A stretch of DNA of 59,955 nucleotides, filler included, from an uncultured Clostridia bacterium (lineage in GTDB: Bacteria; Aerophobota; Aerophobia; Aerophobales; B3-G15), in the NCBI GenBank assembly GCA_964482715.1. It is 2 parts of 2 records of this genome, joined end to end, with 100 filler letters (N's around TTAATTAATTAA, not from the genome) between each part and the next. Parts side by side here need not be neighbours in the genome. Positions count along the whole stretch, not along the records: positions 30,175 to 59,955 come from CAYZYX010000024.1; 1 more part is not named here. One strand, 5' to 3'. Under the pieces are notes generated by a model that ran no database searches, was not told where the DNA came from, and saw nothing but the letters and a program-made list of their open reading frames with translations. The position numbers and the translations under genes are program-made. This document shows, piece by piece, positions 39,009 through 49,386 of the stretch (positions are counted from its first letter, which is position 1; each line of letters begins with the position of its first letter).

Positions 39009-39830
39009 TTAGCCTCTTGTCTTTCCTCCTGATATGTTGTAAGTAGTTCCAGTGATATAACTTGCTTTATCAGAGGCTAAGAAACAGACTAAATTGGCGA
39101 CTTCTCTCAACTTTCCCACTCTTCCCAGAGGGACTGAAACTTTCTCATAGCTGTCTCTGAGTTGTTTGACGTCTATTCCACGAGTATAGGCAAGAGCTTC
39201 CTCATATTCCAAACTTCTAAGTGCTGTTTTTTCTAAAATCCCTGGAGCAACTCCAACTACTCGTATACCATATTTTCCGAGTTCTTTGGCCCAGGATCTG
39301 GTGAAAGCATATAAAGCTGCTTTTGTAGCCGCATAACAGCTCTGGCCTTCTGATCCCTCCAGGCCACACTCGGAAGTTATATTGATAATGACTCCTTGGA
39401 CTTTTTTCTTAATCATATCTCTAACAACAGCCTGGGCACAAAGATAAGCACCCTTTTGGTTCACGGTAACCATTTTGTCAAATTCATCTTCATGCAGTTC
39501 GTATTTTCCTTCAGGGTCGTTGGGATCAACAAGCAATCTTGGCATGTTAATTCCTGCATTATTAACCAGAATGTCTATTTTCCCATATCTGGCAATTGAT
39601 TTGTTCACCATTTCTCCTACGCTACTTCTTTTGGTAATGTCAGTCTGGATAAATATGTGTCTTTCGGGTCCTCCGGGTAACTCACCAATAAGGTCCTGGC
39701 CTTTTTGGCTTATATCCCCAACAACCACATTTGAGCCATTTTCGGCAAATGCCACAGCTATTTCTCTACCAATTCCTGAAGCAGCACCGGTTACAATCGC
39801 AGTTTTTCCTTCCAGATTTAACCATGACAT
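39009..39830 (-). CDS. srlD: Sorbitol-6-phosphate 2-dehydrogenase (SDR)
   Basis: TGAASGIG, NNAGINMPRLLVD, GLEGSEGQSCYAATK and YEEALAYTRG, typical of the Firmicutes-type enzyme. Confidence 0.82.
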   Translation of the reverse strand: MSWLNLEGKTAIVTGAASGIGREIAVAFAENGSNVVVGDISQKGQDLIGELPGGPERHIFIQTDITKRSSVGEMVNKSIARYGKIDILVNNAGINMPRLLVDPNDPEGKYELHEDEFDKMVTVNQKGAYLCAQAVVRDMIKKKVQGVIINITSECGLEGSEGQSCYAATKAALYAFTRSWAKELGKYGIRVVGVAPGILEKTALRSLEYEEALAYTRGIDVKQLRDSYEKVSVPLGRVGKLREVANLVCFLASDKASYITGTTYNISGGKTRG

Positions 39831-39870
39831 TTTATACCTCCATAAAGAGGGAAATATTTGTTGATTTTGT

Positions 39871-40986
39871 TTAAGGTTTTATAACCACTTTTAAAGCATT
39901 TCCTTCTTTGTCCAGCATTTTTTCCATTGCTTCAACTATTTTCTCCAGTGGAAAGACATGGGTGACTATTTTATCCATGAGTATTTTTCTGTCCACAATT
40001 AACTTTAAAGCTTCTTCAAATTGTGGTCTATTGGAGGCAAATGCTCCATAAATGGAAACTTCTTTATAATGAATGATGTTTCCGTCCAATTTCAAGAAGG
40101 GGTTTTCCTTAGGGAAACCCGCAAAAAAGCTTAATCTGCCCATCATGGCCATTGCTCTTAAAAGATCTTCGGCAACTTTATTTACCGAACAGGCAGCTAT
40201 TCCCACATCCGTTCCCTCTCCATTGGTTATTTCCAGTACACCCTCCACGAGATCAGTGTCTTTAGTAGCAATGTAGTGGTCAAAATCAAACTTTTTAGCC
40301 ATAGCAAGTCTTGTTGCAGAATATTCAGCCAATATAACCCTTGCACCCTTAGTTCTTGCCAGTTCGGCATGCATCAAGCCAATGGGACCGGCTCCTACCA
40401 CGGTAACATATTCACCTTCTTTTATATTAAGATAATTCTGACCATTTATTACACAGGAAAGCGGTTCAACCATTGCAAGATGTTCATCTGGAACAGTAGA
40501 TTCTTCGGGAACAGGTATTATAGCATTCTGTTTAACAGCAGCCTCCTGAACCAGTATATATTCAGCAAAGCCACCGGGATAATAGTAACCAATGGGACGG
40601 TTGTTTTTGCACATATTGTAATGTCCCGCCCTGCATGCTTTACATTCCTCCTTCCCACAGCCTATTGAGGTAACCAGGATCACTTTGCTTCCAACTTTGT
40701 ATTCGGGATTTTTGACTTGAGAGCCAATTTCTTCTACTGTTCCGACAATTTCATGACCTATGATAAATTTACCTTCACCATACCCCCTGATTTGAGGGAC
40801 CAATCCTTTGGTGACATCTTTTGTCCCCTGGTACATTCTCCCATCTGTCCCACAAAGAGCGCAGGCATCAACCTTTACCAGGACATCCGCTGGTCCACAA
40901 ACAGGCTTGGCAACACTTTCAATACCTATATGTTTTGGTTTATCTGTATACAGAAAAGCCGCTTTCATCATTTTTGACAACTTCAT
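39871..40986 (-). CDS. Zinc-dependent dehydrogenase (sorbose-phosphate reductase/threonine dehydrogenase-like)
   Basis: LCGTD, GHE, Cys cluster, EPLSCV and GAGPIG. Confidence 0.88.
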   Translation of the reverse strand: MKLSKMMKAAFLYTDKPKHIGIESVAKPVCGPADVLVKVDACALCGTDGRMYQGTKDVTKGLVPQIRGYGEGKFIIGHEIVGTVEEIGSQVKNPEYKVGSKVILVTSIGCGKEECKACRAGHYNMCKNNRPIGYYYPGGFAEYILVQEAAVKQNAIIPVPEESTVPDEHLAMVEPLSCVINGQNYLNIKEGEYVTVVGAGPIGLMHAELARTKGARVILAEYSATRLAMAKKFDFDHYIATKDTDLVEGVLEITNGEGTDVGIAACSVNKVAEDLLRAMAMMGRLSFFAGFPKENPFLKLDGNIIHYKEVSIYGAFASNRPQFEEALKLIVDRKILMDKIVTHVFPLEKIVEAMEKMLDKEGNALKVVIKP

Positions 40987-41050
40987 TCCTCCTTTAGTTT
41001 AAGGTGAGGTCAAATAATTTTGTATAATTTTAATACGTATCATGTAAAAA

Positions 41051-41120
41051 GTCAAAAGAAAACATCCTGACAGTGGGACAGTTTTATCTATACCTTTCTC
41101 TTCAGACTCCCGGGTATCTT
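41051..41120 (+). repeat. Degenerate intergenic repeat (copy similar to 42096-42167)
   Basis: gtcaaaa..ctgacagtgggacagttttatcta..ttcagactcccgggtatctt aligns by eye with gtcaaaa..ctgaaggcgggatacttttattcta..ttcaggctcccgcggtacctt. Confidence 0.5.
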
Positions 41121-41162
41121 AAGATGGCTTCTTTTTGGTAAATAAAAATCAGTCTGTAACTG

Positions 41163-42038
41163 TTAATCTATATATTCCTCCTTGATGGACAGGAAATAAA
41201 CTCCCACAAAAAGAAGCAGAATACCCAGAATTTGCATGGATGTGACCAGTTCCCCAAGGATTAGAAAACCTAACAATGTGGCAAAAAAGGGTGTAGAAAG
41301 TTCAAGAGCAGAAGATTGGGCTGCTTTTATTCTTTTTAATCCCTCATAATAAAGAATGTATCCTAATCCAACTATGATTCCAATAATAATTTGATAAATA
41401 TTGGACAGGGGAAAATAGGGAATCAGAATGAGATAAATGGTAAAAACGACTGAAGATATGAAAAATCTATAAAAAGTTACAACTCCCGCATTCATATGTT
41501 TGAGGTATTTTCTCATTGCTATACCGGTGGTTGCCCAGGCGACTGTTGCCAGTAGCACCAGGAGATCATATAGAGTGCCCAGCCTTAAATTAGCCAGGTT
41601 GTTTAAATTTTTTGTAGTAACAAGTAAGCCGGCAAAAATCATAAAACATATGCCTATGTAATCAAATTTTGTTAATTTATCCTCCTTTAACCAGAAGAAC
41701 CCCATAATAACAATAAAAATAGGTTGCATATGACCTATTAAGACTGCATTAATTACCGGGACTTTAGTTAAAGCAAAAAGATAGATTAAATCGGCAAATA
41801 AAGTTCCGGCAAAAGCAATGTAAACGAGAACAGAAAACTCCTTTTTGGTAACTCTTAAATTCCCGTTATTGGTTAAGAGAGCATAAATGAAAGCAATTAG
41901 AGTAACAATTATTGCTCTGACAGCTGATGTAGCTAAAAAATCTGAACTGATATAAGATAGTTTAGCAAAGATAGGTTCAAAGGCCCATGCTATACTTGCT
42001 CCGAGAGTTGCCAGGATTCCTGTTTTCTTGGTTTGCAT
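41163..42038 (-). CDS. DMT/EamA-family transporter
   Basis: About 10 hydrophobic helices in two repeats; QPIF and LILGE motifs. Confidence 0.9.
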   Translation of the reverse strand: MQTKKTGILATLGASIAWAFEPIFAKLSYISSDFLATSAVRAIIVTLIAFIYALLTNNGNLRVTKKEFSVLVYIAFAGTLFADLIYLFALTKVPVINAVLIGHMQPIFIVIMGFFWLKEDKLTKFDYIGICFMIFAGLLVTTKNLNNLANLRLGTLYDLLVLLATVAWATTGIAMRKYLKHMNAGVVTFYRFFISSVVFTIYLILIPYFPLSNIYQIIIGIIVGLGYILYYEGLKRIKAAQSSALELSTPFFATLLGFLILGELVTSMQILGILLLFVGVYFLSIKEEYID

Positions 42039-42112
42039 AAAAAATTGTCCGCTGAAGTTAGATAGGGGTATATTTTATCCTGTTTTTTACCGTGAGTCAA
42101 AAAGACCGTTTT

Positions 42113-42218
42113 CTGAAGGCGGGATACTTTTATTCTATTTTCTCTTTTCAGGCTCCCGCGGTACCTTGCAAAGAAGTCTCTTATCCTGTTCCCTGTAGGA
42201 AAAAGATCCCAATTTCAG
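42113..42218. repeat. 106-bp element with imperfect terminal inverted repeats (MITE-like)
   Basis: CTGAAGGCGGGATACTTT...AAAAGATCCCAATTTCAG; both ends match the ends of 28729-28783. Confidence 0.5.
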
Positions 42219-42314
42219 CAGGTCTGGATTTTTGACATGAAGGTGCTTTTAGATTAAAATAAAGCTCTATGACTATTTGTTAAAGTATGAAATAAGGAAT
42301 AAAGGGGGGTACGA

Positions 42315-43130
42315 ATGGAAACAGGAAAAATTTTGAGATTGAGAAGACTTTTTTCTAAGGAGAAAACTGTAATAGTTCCTATTGACCATGCTCTCTATAC
42401 AGGGCCAGTTGAGGGAATAGAGAATCTGGAGAAAGTGGTTGGTGAGATTTCCCGGACCCAGGTAGATGCCATTTTAATAACGCCAGCTATGTTAACCAGG
42501 GTCAGGGATGTAATAGGTAACCTGGCCACAGTGGTTAGAATTGATGGAACTCACACCCGACTTGGTTCACATCTTGAAAAAATTAATCTGATTACCAGTG
42601 TTGAGCACGCACTTAAAGTTGGGGCTGACGTAGTGGTAATTAATGTATTTGTTGGCACAGAAAACGAAGATGAACTTCTCACAAAACTCGGAAAAGTAGC
42701 CACTTCCTGTTGCAGGTGGGGTGTTCCTCTGATGGCTGAAATGATTCCTTCGTACATACTTAAATACCATTATGCCAGAGAAGAGGGAACTTTTGATCTT
42801 CAAAGAGCGGCAGATGAGATTAAACTGGCCAGCAGATTGGGGGCAGAACTTGGTGCAGATATAATTAAGACCCATTACACGGGCACTATAGATACTTTCA
42901 GAGAGGTTGTTTCTACAACACCGGTACCTGTTGTAATTGCCGGTGGTCCCAAAACCCGTGGAGATGAAGAATTTCTTAAATTAGTATGGGAAGCGATACA
43001 GGCTGGAGCTAAGGGAATATGTATTGGGAGAAATGTCTGGCAGAGAAAAAATTTAAAGAGAATGCTTTCAGCTCTCTGTCAGGTTGTTCACAACAATGCA
43101 AAACCGGAGGAAGTTTATCAATTTGTCTAA
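42315..43130 (+). CDS. Class I aldolase, DhnA/LsrF family
   Basis: PIDHA, ELGADIIKTHY and VVIAGGPK...GRNVWQ. Promoter TTGACA-17-TAAAAT at 42232-42260. Confidence 0.88.
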   Translation: METGKILRLRRLFSKEKTVIVPIDHALYTGPVEGIENLEKVVGEISRTQVDAILITPAMLTRVRDVIGNLATVVRIDGTHTRLGSHLEKINLITSVEHALKVGADVVVINVFVGTENEDELLTKLGKVATSCCRWGVPLMAEMIPSYILKYHYAREEGTFDLQRAADEIKLASRLGAELGADIIKTHYTGTIDTFREVVSTTPVPVVIAGGPKTRGDEEFLKLVWEAIQAGAKGICIGRNVWQRKNLKRMLSALCQVVHNNAKPEEVYQFV

Positions 43131-43146
43131 TTTTTTATATTCTCTG

Positions 43147-45048
43147 TCATCTTTTATTTTGTTTTTTAAGCCAGATTATTAAAAGAGAAAGAGCAGCCGG
43201 GGTAACTCCGGAGATGCGCGAAGCCTGGCCCAGAGACGTGGGTTTTATACGGGATAATTTTTCTTTCACCTCTGTTGACAGCCCGGGTACGCTATTAAAA
43301 TCAAAATCAGGTGGAATACGAAGACTTTCCATTTTTTTGAATTTTTCCACTTCCTGACTCTGTCTTTTGATATAGCCTTCATACTTTACCTCAATTTCAA
43401 CCTGCTGACAAACTCCATCTTCAGCTAAATGGCAAGAAGGGTCTAAAGTTTTCAAATCATGGTATTTTATTTCGGGACGCCTCAAAATTTCCATTAAAGA
43501 AGTGGGGGACTTAATAGGGCTTGATTTGAGCCTCTTTAATCTTTGATTCACTTCAGTAGAAGGAAAAATTCTTCTGGTTTGGAGTTTTTTAATTTCTTTT
43601 TGAATAGTTTCCCTTTTTTCTTCTACTTCCTCAAACTGCTGCCTGGAAATTAAACCAACTTTCCAGGCAATTTCAGTTAGTCTCAAATCGGCGTTATCTT
43701 CCCTTAACAGGAGTCTGTACTCTACTCTCGAAGTAAACATTCGGTAGGGTTCGTTGGTCCCCTTAGTTACCAGATCATCAATTAAAACACCTATGTAAGC
43801 CTGTGATCTGTTAAGTACAAGAAGTGGTTTTCTCTTAACCCTTAAAGCGGCATTTATTCCAGCTATGAGTCCCTGTGCAGCTGCTTCCTCATAACCTGTG
43901 GTACCATTTATTTGCCCGGCAAAAAAGAGGTTTTCCACCTTTTTTGTTTCCAGTGTGGGTTTTAACTCTGTTGGATCTACATAATCATGTTCAATTCCAT
44001 ATCCAGGTCTTATTATTCGTACATTTTCCAGACCTTCTATACTGTGTAAAATCTCGTATTGCACATCAAGAGGAAGTGATGTTGAAAGACCATTGGGATA
44101 GAACTCGTGGGTTTCTCTTCCCTCCGGCTCAAGGAAAATCTGGTGTCTTTCTTTTTGAGGAAATTTAACCACTTTATCTTCTATGGAAGGACAGTATCTT
44201 ACACCGGTTGCCTTAATAATTCCGGTATAAAGTGGTGAACGGTCCAGATTTTTTCGTATGATTTGATGGGTTCTCTCGTTGGTGTATCCGATGTAACAGG
44301 GAAGTTGATTAATGCTGAAGTTTCTTGTTGAAAAGGAAAAAGGTTGGGGATTTTCATCTCCGGGTTGAATTTTAAGTTTGGAGAAATCTATACTTTTTCC
44401 ATCAAGTCGAGGACAGGTTCCCGTTTTAAATCTTCCCACCCGAAACCCAAGTTCCCTCAGATTTTTAGCCAGTCCGGTAGATGGAAAATCAGCAATTCTT
44501 CCCCCGGGAAAATTAACGAAACCGATATGGATAAGGCCATTGAGGAATGTTCCCGGTGTTATTACCAGAGTTTCTGCAAAATATACCTCAAGGAGATTAG
44601 TTTGAACCCCTTTTACTTTACCTTTTTCAAGTAGTATTTTCTCAACAGTGGCTTGTCTTAGTTCCAGGTTTGGTTCTTTTTCCAGTATTTTTTTCATATA
44701 CCAGCGATATTGCTGACGGTCGACCTGAGCCCGGGTTGATCGTACTGCCGGACCTTTTTTCATGTTGAGCATCCGAAACTGAATTGCCGTTGCATCTACA
44801 GCTTTTGCCATTTGTCCACCCAGAGCGTCAATTTCTTTCACCAGCTGACCCTTGCCCAATCCACCCACCGCAGGATTACAGGACATAAGACCAATTGTAT
44901 CAAGGTTCATGGTTACAAGGAGAGTCCGGCATCCTATTCTTGCAGCAGTAAGGGCAGCTTCAATACCGGCATGACCTCCTCCCACAACAATAACATCATA
45001 TTTTTCTGGGTAGATCCAGAGGTTTTTATTTCCCTGTTTATGCCTCAT
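43147..45048 (-). CDS. mnmG: tRNA uridine-5-carboxymethylaminomethyl modification enzyme
   Basis: [47 protein letters not shown] and EPYRMFTSR. Confidence 0.97.
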   Translation of the reverse strand: MRHKQGNKNLWIYPEKYDVIVVGGGHAGIEAALTAARIGCRTLLVTMNLDTIGLMSCNPAVGGLGKGQLVKEIDALGGQMAKAVDATAIQFRMLNMKKGPAVRSTRAQVDRQQYRWYMKKILEKEPNLELRQATVEKILLEKGKVKGVQTNLLEVYFAETLVITPGTFLNGLIHIGFVNFPGGRIADFPSTGLAKNLRELGFRVGRFKTGTCPRLDGKSIDFSKLKIQPGDENPQPFSFSTRNFSINQLPCYIGYTNERTHQIIRKNLDRSPLYTGIIKATGVRYCPSIEDKVVKFPQKERHQIFLEPEGRETHEFYPNGLSTSLPLDVQYEILHSIEGLENVRIIRPGYGIEHDYVDPTELKPTLETKKVENLFFAGQINGTTGYEEAAAQGLIAGINAALRVKRKPLLVLNRSQAYIGVLIDDLVTKGTNEPYRMFTSRVEYRLLLREDNADLRLTEIAWKVGLISRQQFEEVEEKRETIQKEIKKLQTRRIFPSTEVNQRLKRLKSSPIKSPTSLMEILRRPEIKYHDLKTLDPSCHLAEDGVCQQVEIEVKYEGYIKRQSQEVEKFKKMESLRIPPDFDFNSVPGLSTEVKEKLSRIKPTSLGQASRISGVTPAALSLLIIWLKKQNKR

Positions 45049-46696
45049 CTTCGGCTTCGTAGGTAGAATAAAAATATGGAGTGTAGGCTTCGAATTCAGC
45101 CGCACAGGTATCAACAAGTTTAAAAACGGGTCTTAAATTTTGTCTTTTCCTGATTTTACGAATAAAACTTTCTTTTTTTCCAAATATCCTGGCCAGCTGT
45201 GAGTCAGAAAATCCACATTGTTTAGCCTCTCTAAGCAATGAAGGAGGTATATCTTTCTTATTTTGCCGGGCGATTTGCTTCAACTCCCTCTCTACTTCCA
45301 CAATTTCCTTAATATTCTGCAGAAACCAGGGATCTATTTTAGTGAGTTCATGAAGCTTTTGTATTGACATTCCTTTTCTCAAGGCTAATCCTATGTAAAG
45401 TATCCTCTCTGCGTTGGGGACAACCAATTTACTAATCCATTCTTCTTCAGAGGGGGGGAGGGGAGGTTCAACAAGTCCATCAATTCCTATCTCTAAGGAA
45501 CGAAGCCCTTTTTGGAGAGCTTCCTTAAAAGTGCGGCCGATGGCCATTACTTCTCCTACTGATTTCATTGAGGTAGTGAGGGTGGTGTCAGTGCCAGGAA
45601 ATTTTTCAAAGGTAAACCGGGGTATTTTTACCACGCAGTAATCAATAGTAGGCTCAAAGCAAGCAGGAGTTTCTCTGGTAATATCATTGGGGATTTCATC
45701 CAGAGTGTAACCCACAGCTAATTTAGCCGCTATTTTTGCTATGGGAAATCCTGTAGCTTTAGAAGCAAGAGCAGAACTCCGGGACACTCTTGGGTTTATC
45801 TCGATTACCACCATTCGACCATTTTCCGGGTTTACTGCAAATTGGATGTTAGACCCCCCTGTTTCAACTCCTATTTCTCTTATGACCTTTATAGCCGCAT
45901 CTCTCATAGTCTGATATTCTTTATCGCTGAGAGTTTGTGCTGGAGCCACCGTTATGCTGTCTCCGGTGTGAACACCCATGGGGTCAACATTTTCAATGGA
46001 ACAGATAATAACCACGTTGTCTTTTTTATCCCTCATCACCTCAAGTTCGTATTCTTTCCATCCAATAACCGATTCTTCAATAAGAATTTCACTTATTAAG
46101 CTGCATGCAAGACCCTGAGAAGCTATTTTCTCAAATTCATCAACGTTGTAAGCAATGCCTCCACCTGTCCCACCCAGAGTGAAACTGGGGCGAATCACCA
46201 ACGGGAAACCCAGTTCTTGAGCAGCCTTTCTTGCTTCTTCCATACTATAGGCAAGATAGCTTCGAGGTATATCCAGTCCTATTTTCTGCATGGCTTCTTT
46301 AAACAGTTTTCTGTCTTCTGCTTTACTTATAGCACCGTAATTTGCTCCAATCATTTCCACTCCATATTTTTCCAGAATCCCCCTTTTGGCAAGAACTGCC
46401 CCTACATTGAGGCCGGTTTGTCCACCTAAAGTTGGCAGAAGAGCATCTGGACACTCTTTTTCAATTATCAGCTCTATTATTTCAGGAGTTATAGGCTCTA
46501 TATAGGTTCGATCTGAGAGTTCAGGGTCGGTCATAATGGTGGCAGGATTACTGTTGACCAGGATTATCTCGTATCCTTCTTCCTTTAAGGCTTTACAGGC
46601 CTGTGTCCCTGAGTAATCGAATTCACAGGCTTGAGAAATGATAATGGGTCCCGAACCTATAATTAGAATTTTTCGAATGTCCTCTCTCTTGGGCAT
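45038..46696 (-). CDS. carB: Carbamoyl-phosphate synthase large subunit, N-terminal half only (split CarB)
   Basis: [40 protein letters not shown]. Ends with TAA just after [20 protein letters not shown] at 552 aa. Confidence 0.92.
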   Translation of the reverse strand: MPKREDIRKILIIGSGPIIISQACEFDYSGTQACKALKEEGYEIILVNSNPATIMTDPELSDRTYIEPITPEIIELIIEKECPDALLPTLGGQTGLNVGAVLAKRGILEKYGVEMIGANYGAISKAEDRKLFKEAMQKIGLDIPRSYLAYSMEEARKAAQELGFPLVIRPSFTLGGTGGGIAYNVDEFEKIASQGLACSLISEILIEESVIGWKEYELEVMRDKKDNVVIICSIENVDPMGVHTGDSITVAPAQTLSDKEYQTMRDAAIKVIREIGVETGGSNIQFAVNPENGRMVVIEINPRVSRSSALASKATGFPIAKIAAKLAVGYTLDEIPNDITRETPACFEPTIDYCVVKIPRFTFEKFPGTDTTLTTSMKSVGEVMAIGRTFKEALQKGLRSLEIGIDGLVEPPLPPSEEEWISKLVVPNAERILYIGLALRKGMSIQKLHELTKIDPWFLQNIKEIVEVERELKQIARQNKKDIPPSLLREAKQCGFSDSQLARIFGKKESFIRKIRKRQNLRPVFKLVDTCAAEFEAYTPYFYSTYEAEDEA

Positions 46697-46700
46697 TTAT

Positions 46701-47792
46701 TTACTGAGCCTCCTGGATAAGATGGATAAATTCTTCAAATAGATAGGTGGCATCATGGGGGCCTGGCGAAGCTTCAGGGTGAAACTGAACAGAAAAAAGG
46801 GGAAGTTCTCTGTGTCTTATACCTTCAAGGGTATTGTCGTAAAGGTTAATATGGGTTGGCTCCACCTGATAAGGAAGAGAATCAATGTCAACACAAAAAC
46901 CATGATTTTGTACAGTAATGGAGATTCGTCCGGTTCTAAGATCCTTTACCGGGTGATTTCCACCATGATGACCAAATTTAAGTTTGTAAGTTTTTCCACC
47001 CAGGGCTTGACTTAAAATTTGATGCCCCAAACAAATACCAAAAATGGGAACTTTACCAGTGATCTCTTTAGCTGTTGCCACTACATAAGGGATTGCGGAG
47101 GGATCTCCCGGACCATTAGAAAAAAGAACACCATCGGGGTTTAAATCAAGAATATCCCGTGCGCTGGCAAATGCCGGGACGACTTGAACCTTACAGTTCA
47201 GATTAGATAAACATCTTAATATGTTGTATTTCACGCCACAGTCAATAACCACTACTTTATAATTGCCAGTTTTTCGCCACCAGTAACTCTCCCCGGAGGT
47301 AACCTCTTTAACCAGATCCTGTCCGACCACTCCCCGGCATTTCTTTGCTTTTTCCGTGAGTGAATCAATATCATCATCCAGGGTAGAAATTACTCCTTTC
47401 ATGGCTCCCTGCAGTCTTATATGCCTGGTTAAAGCACGGGTATCCACTCCTTCAATTCCTATGATTTTGTTTTCCCTCAGGAATTCCTCCAGAGCTTGAC
47501 GAGCACGCCAGTTGCTGAATATCTTGCTGCGTTCCTTAACCACAAATCCTTCCACCCACGGTCTCGAAGACTCAAAATCTTCAGGGTTTATACCGTAATT
47601 GCCTATCAAAGGATAAGTCATGGTGACGATCTGACCTTTATAAGATGGGTCGGTAAGTATTTCTTGGTATCCCATCATACTGGTGTTAAAGACAACCTCA
47701 CCAGAGGTCTCTCCAGTAGCTCCAAAAACTTTCCCTTCGAAAAACTTTCCGTCTTCGAGCACAAGTAATGCTCTTTTCTCTTTACAGCTCAT
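46701..47792 (-). CDS. carA: Carbamoyl-phosphate synthase small subunit
   Basis: GEVVFNT, TDPSY, SNGPGDP, GICLGHQ and QFHPEASPGPHD. Confidence 0.97.
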   Translation of the reverse strand: MSCKEKRALLVLEDGKFFEGKVFGATGETSGEVVFNTSMMGYQEILTDPSYKGQIVTMTYPLIGNYGINPEDFESSRPWVEGFVVKERSKIFSNWRARQALEEFLRENKIIGIEGVDTRALTRHIRLQGAMKGVISTLDDDIDSLTEKAKKCRGVVGQDLVKEVTSGESYWWRKTGNYKVVVIDCGVKYNILRCLSNLNCKVQVVPAFASARDILDLNPDGVLFSNGPGDPSAIPYVVATAKEITGKVPIFGICLGHQILSQALGGKTYKLKFGHHGGNHPVKDLRTGRISITVQNHGFCVDIDSLPYQVEPTHINLYDNTLEGIRHRELPLFSVQFHPEASPGPHDATYLFEEFIHLIQEAQ

Positions 47793-47812
47793 TCTTCTAA
47801 CTCATCCATTTT

Positions 47813-48571
47813 TTATATTCTGACAGGGATATTTCTTTTGGCAAGATACTCTTTAATCTCTCTTATACTAAATTTTTTGTAATGAAATACTGAAGCAGCC
47901 AGAGCCGCATCAGCTTTCCCTTCCTGGAAAACTTCATAGAAATGCTCAAGATTTCCGGCTCCCCCCGAGGCAATCACGGGAACATCTACAGCTTCCACTA
48001 CCTGTCGAGTGAGTTCAATATCATATCCGTCTTCAGTTCCATCTCGGTCCATGCTGGTTAAGAGAATTTCTCCCGCACCCAACCTCGCGACTTTTTTTGC
48101 CCATTCAACAGCATCAATTCCTGTAGCCACTCTGCCTCCATGAGTATAAACCTCCCATTTGTGGTTTGAATTTTTCTTGGCATCAATAGCCACAACGATA
48201 CATTGTCTGCCAAATTTTCGAGATGCCTTTTCTACGAGAGAAGGGTTATTGACAGCGGCTGTATTTATGGATACCTTGTCAGCTCCTGCTTTCAAAAGAC
48301 TGCGTATATCTTCAAGTTTCCTTATTCCTCCCCCAACGGTAAAAGGCATAAATATTTCTCTTGCTGTATCCCGGACTACATCAATTATTATGTCTCTTTT
48401 CTCGTGAGAAGCAGTGATGTCAAGGAAAACAAGTTCATCCACCCCTTCATTTTCATAGATTCTGGCATTCTCTACAGGATCTCCGGCATCTCTGAGTTTA
48501 ACAAAGTTTATCCCTTTTACCACTCTCCCATTCATAACATCAAGACAGGGAATTATACGTTTGGCCAGCAT
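47813..48571 (-). CDS. hisF: Imidazole glycerol phosphate synthase cyclase subunit
   Basis: [30 protein letters not shown] and ALAASVFH. Confidence 0.97.
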   Translation of the reverse strand: MLAKRIIPCLDVMNGRVVKGINFVKLRDAGDPVENARIYENEGVDELVFLDITASHEKRDIIIDVVRDTAREIFMPFTVGGGIRKLEDIRSLLKAGADKVSINTAAVNNPSLVEKASRKFGRQCIVVAIDAKKNSNHKWEVYTHGGRVATGIDAVEWAKKVARLGAGEILLTSMDRDGTEDGYDIELTRQVVEAVDVPVIASGGAGNLEHFYEVFQEGKADAALAASVFHYKKFSIREIKEYLAKRNIPVRI

Positions 48572-48660
48572 ACTGAATGATCCCTTCTTGTTTTTTGCAT
48601 TATATTTAGAGACTTATCGATGTCAACTCTGATAGATCCGGATCCCGGAGTTGAAGCAGA

Positions 48661-48730
48661 TCTTCCAGATTCGGGAAGAAGTCTTATAACAAAGATAAAA
48701 CTTATAACACCAAAAGGAAAGGTGTATTCC
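48661..48730 (+). repeat. Intergenic repeat, copy 1 (hairpin-containing)
   Basis: 48663-48704 matches 57696-57737 at 41 of 42 nt. Confidence 0.8.
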
Positions 48731-48808
48731 CCTGAAGAAACAGATCGAATTGACGTGATTCATTTGAAGTGATACAATATATCAAAATAAAACTACGGGA
48801 GATTGGAA

Positions 48809-49369
48809 ATGGGCTGGCCAACGAGAGAGGAGGCTTTAAAGCTTCTGAAAGAATTTACCAGTAATAAAAATCTGATAAAACATGCTCTGGCTGTGGAAGC
48901 AGCTATGAGAAAGTATGCCGAAAAATTTGGTGAAGATCGTGAAAAATGGGGTGTTGTTGGCCTTTTGCATGATTTTGATTATGAAAAATTCCCCTCACCT
49001 GAGGATCACCCCTTTAAAGGTGCCAAAATACTGGAACAGAAAGGTTATCCTCAAGAATTGATCAGGGCGATATTAGCTCATGGAGATCATACAGGAGTTG
49101 AGCGTCGAACCTCATTGGAAAAAGCTCTTTACGCTGTAGATGAACTTACAGGCCTTATCGTAGCTGTGGCTCTTGTTCGTCCTTCTAAAAAGTTAGCAGA
49201 TGTTGAGGTAAAATCGGTAATGAAAAAATGGAAAGATAAAGCCTTTGCCCGTGGAGTTAATCGGGACAATATTGAAAAAGGGGCAAAGGAACTTGGGATA
49301 GAGCTAAGAGAACATATAAACAATGTTCTTCAAGCTATGAAGGAAATATCTGATGAGCTGGAACTTTAG
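48809..49369 (+). CDS. HD-domain (HDIG) hydrolase
   Basis: KHALAV...GLLHDFD...AH...VDEL metal-binding pattern. Promoter TTGACG-17-TACAAT at 48750-48778. Confidence 0.88.
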   Translation: MGWPTREEALKLLKEFTSNKNLIKHALAVEAAMRKYAEKFGEDREKWGVVGLLHDFDYEKFPSPEDHPFKGAKILEQKGYPQELIRAILAHGDHTGVERRTSLEKALYAVDELTGLIVAVALVRPSKKLADVEVKSVMKKWKDKAFARGVNRDNIEKGAKELGIELREHINNVLQAMKEISDELEL

Positions 49370-49386
49370 TTTTTTATTATCCTTTG

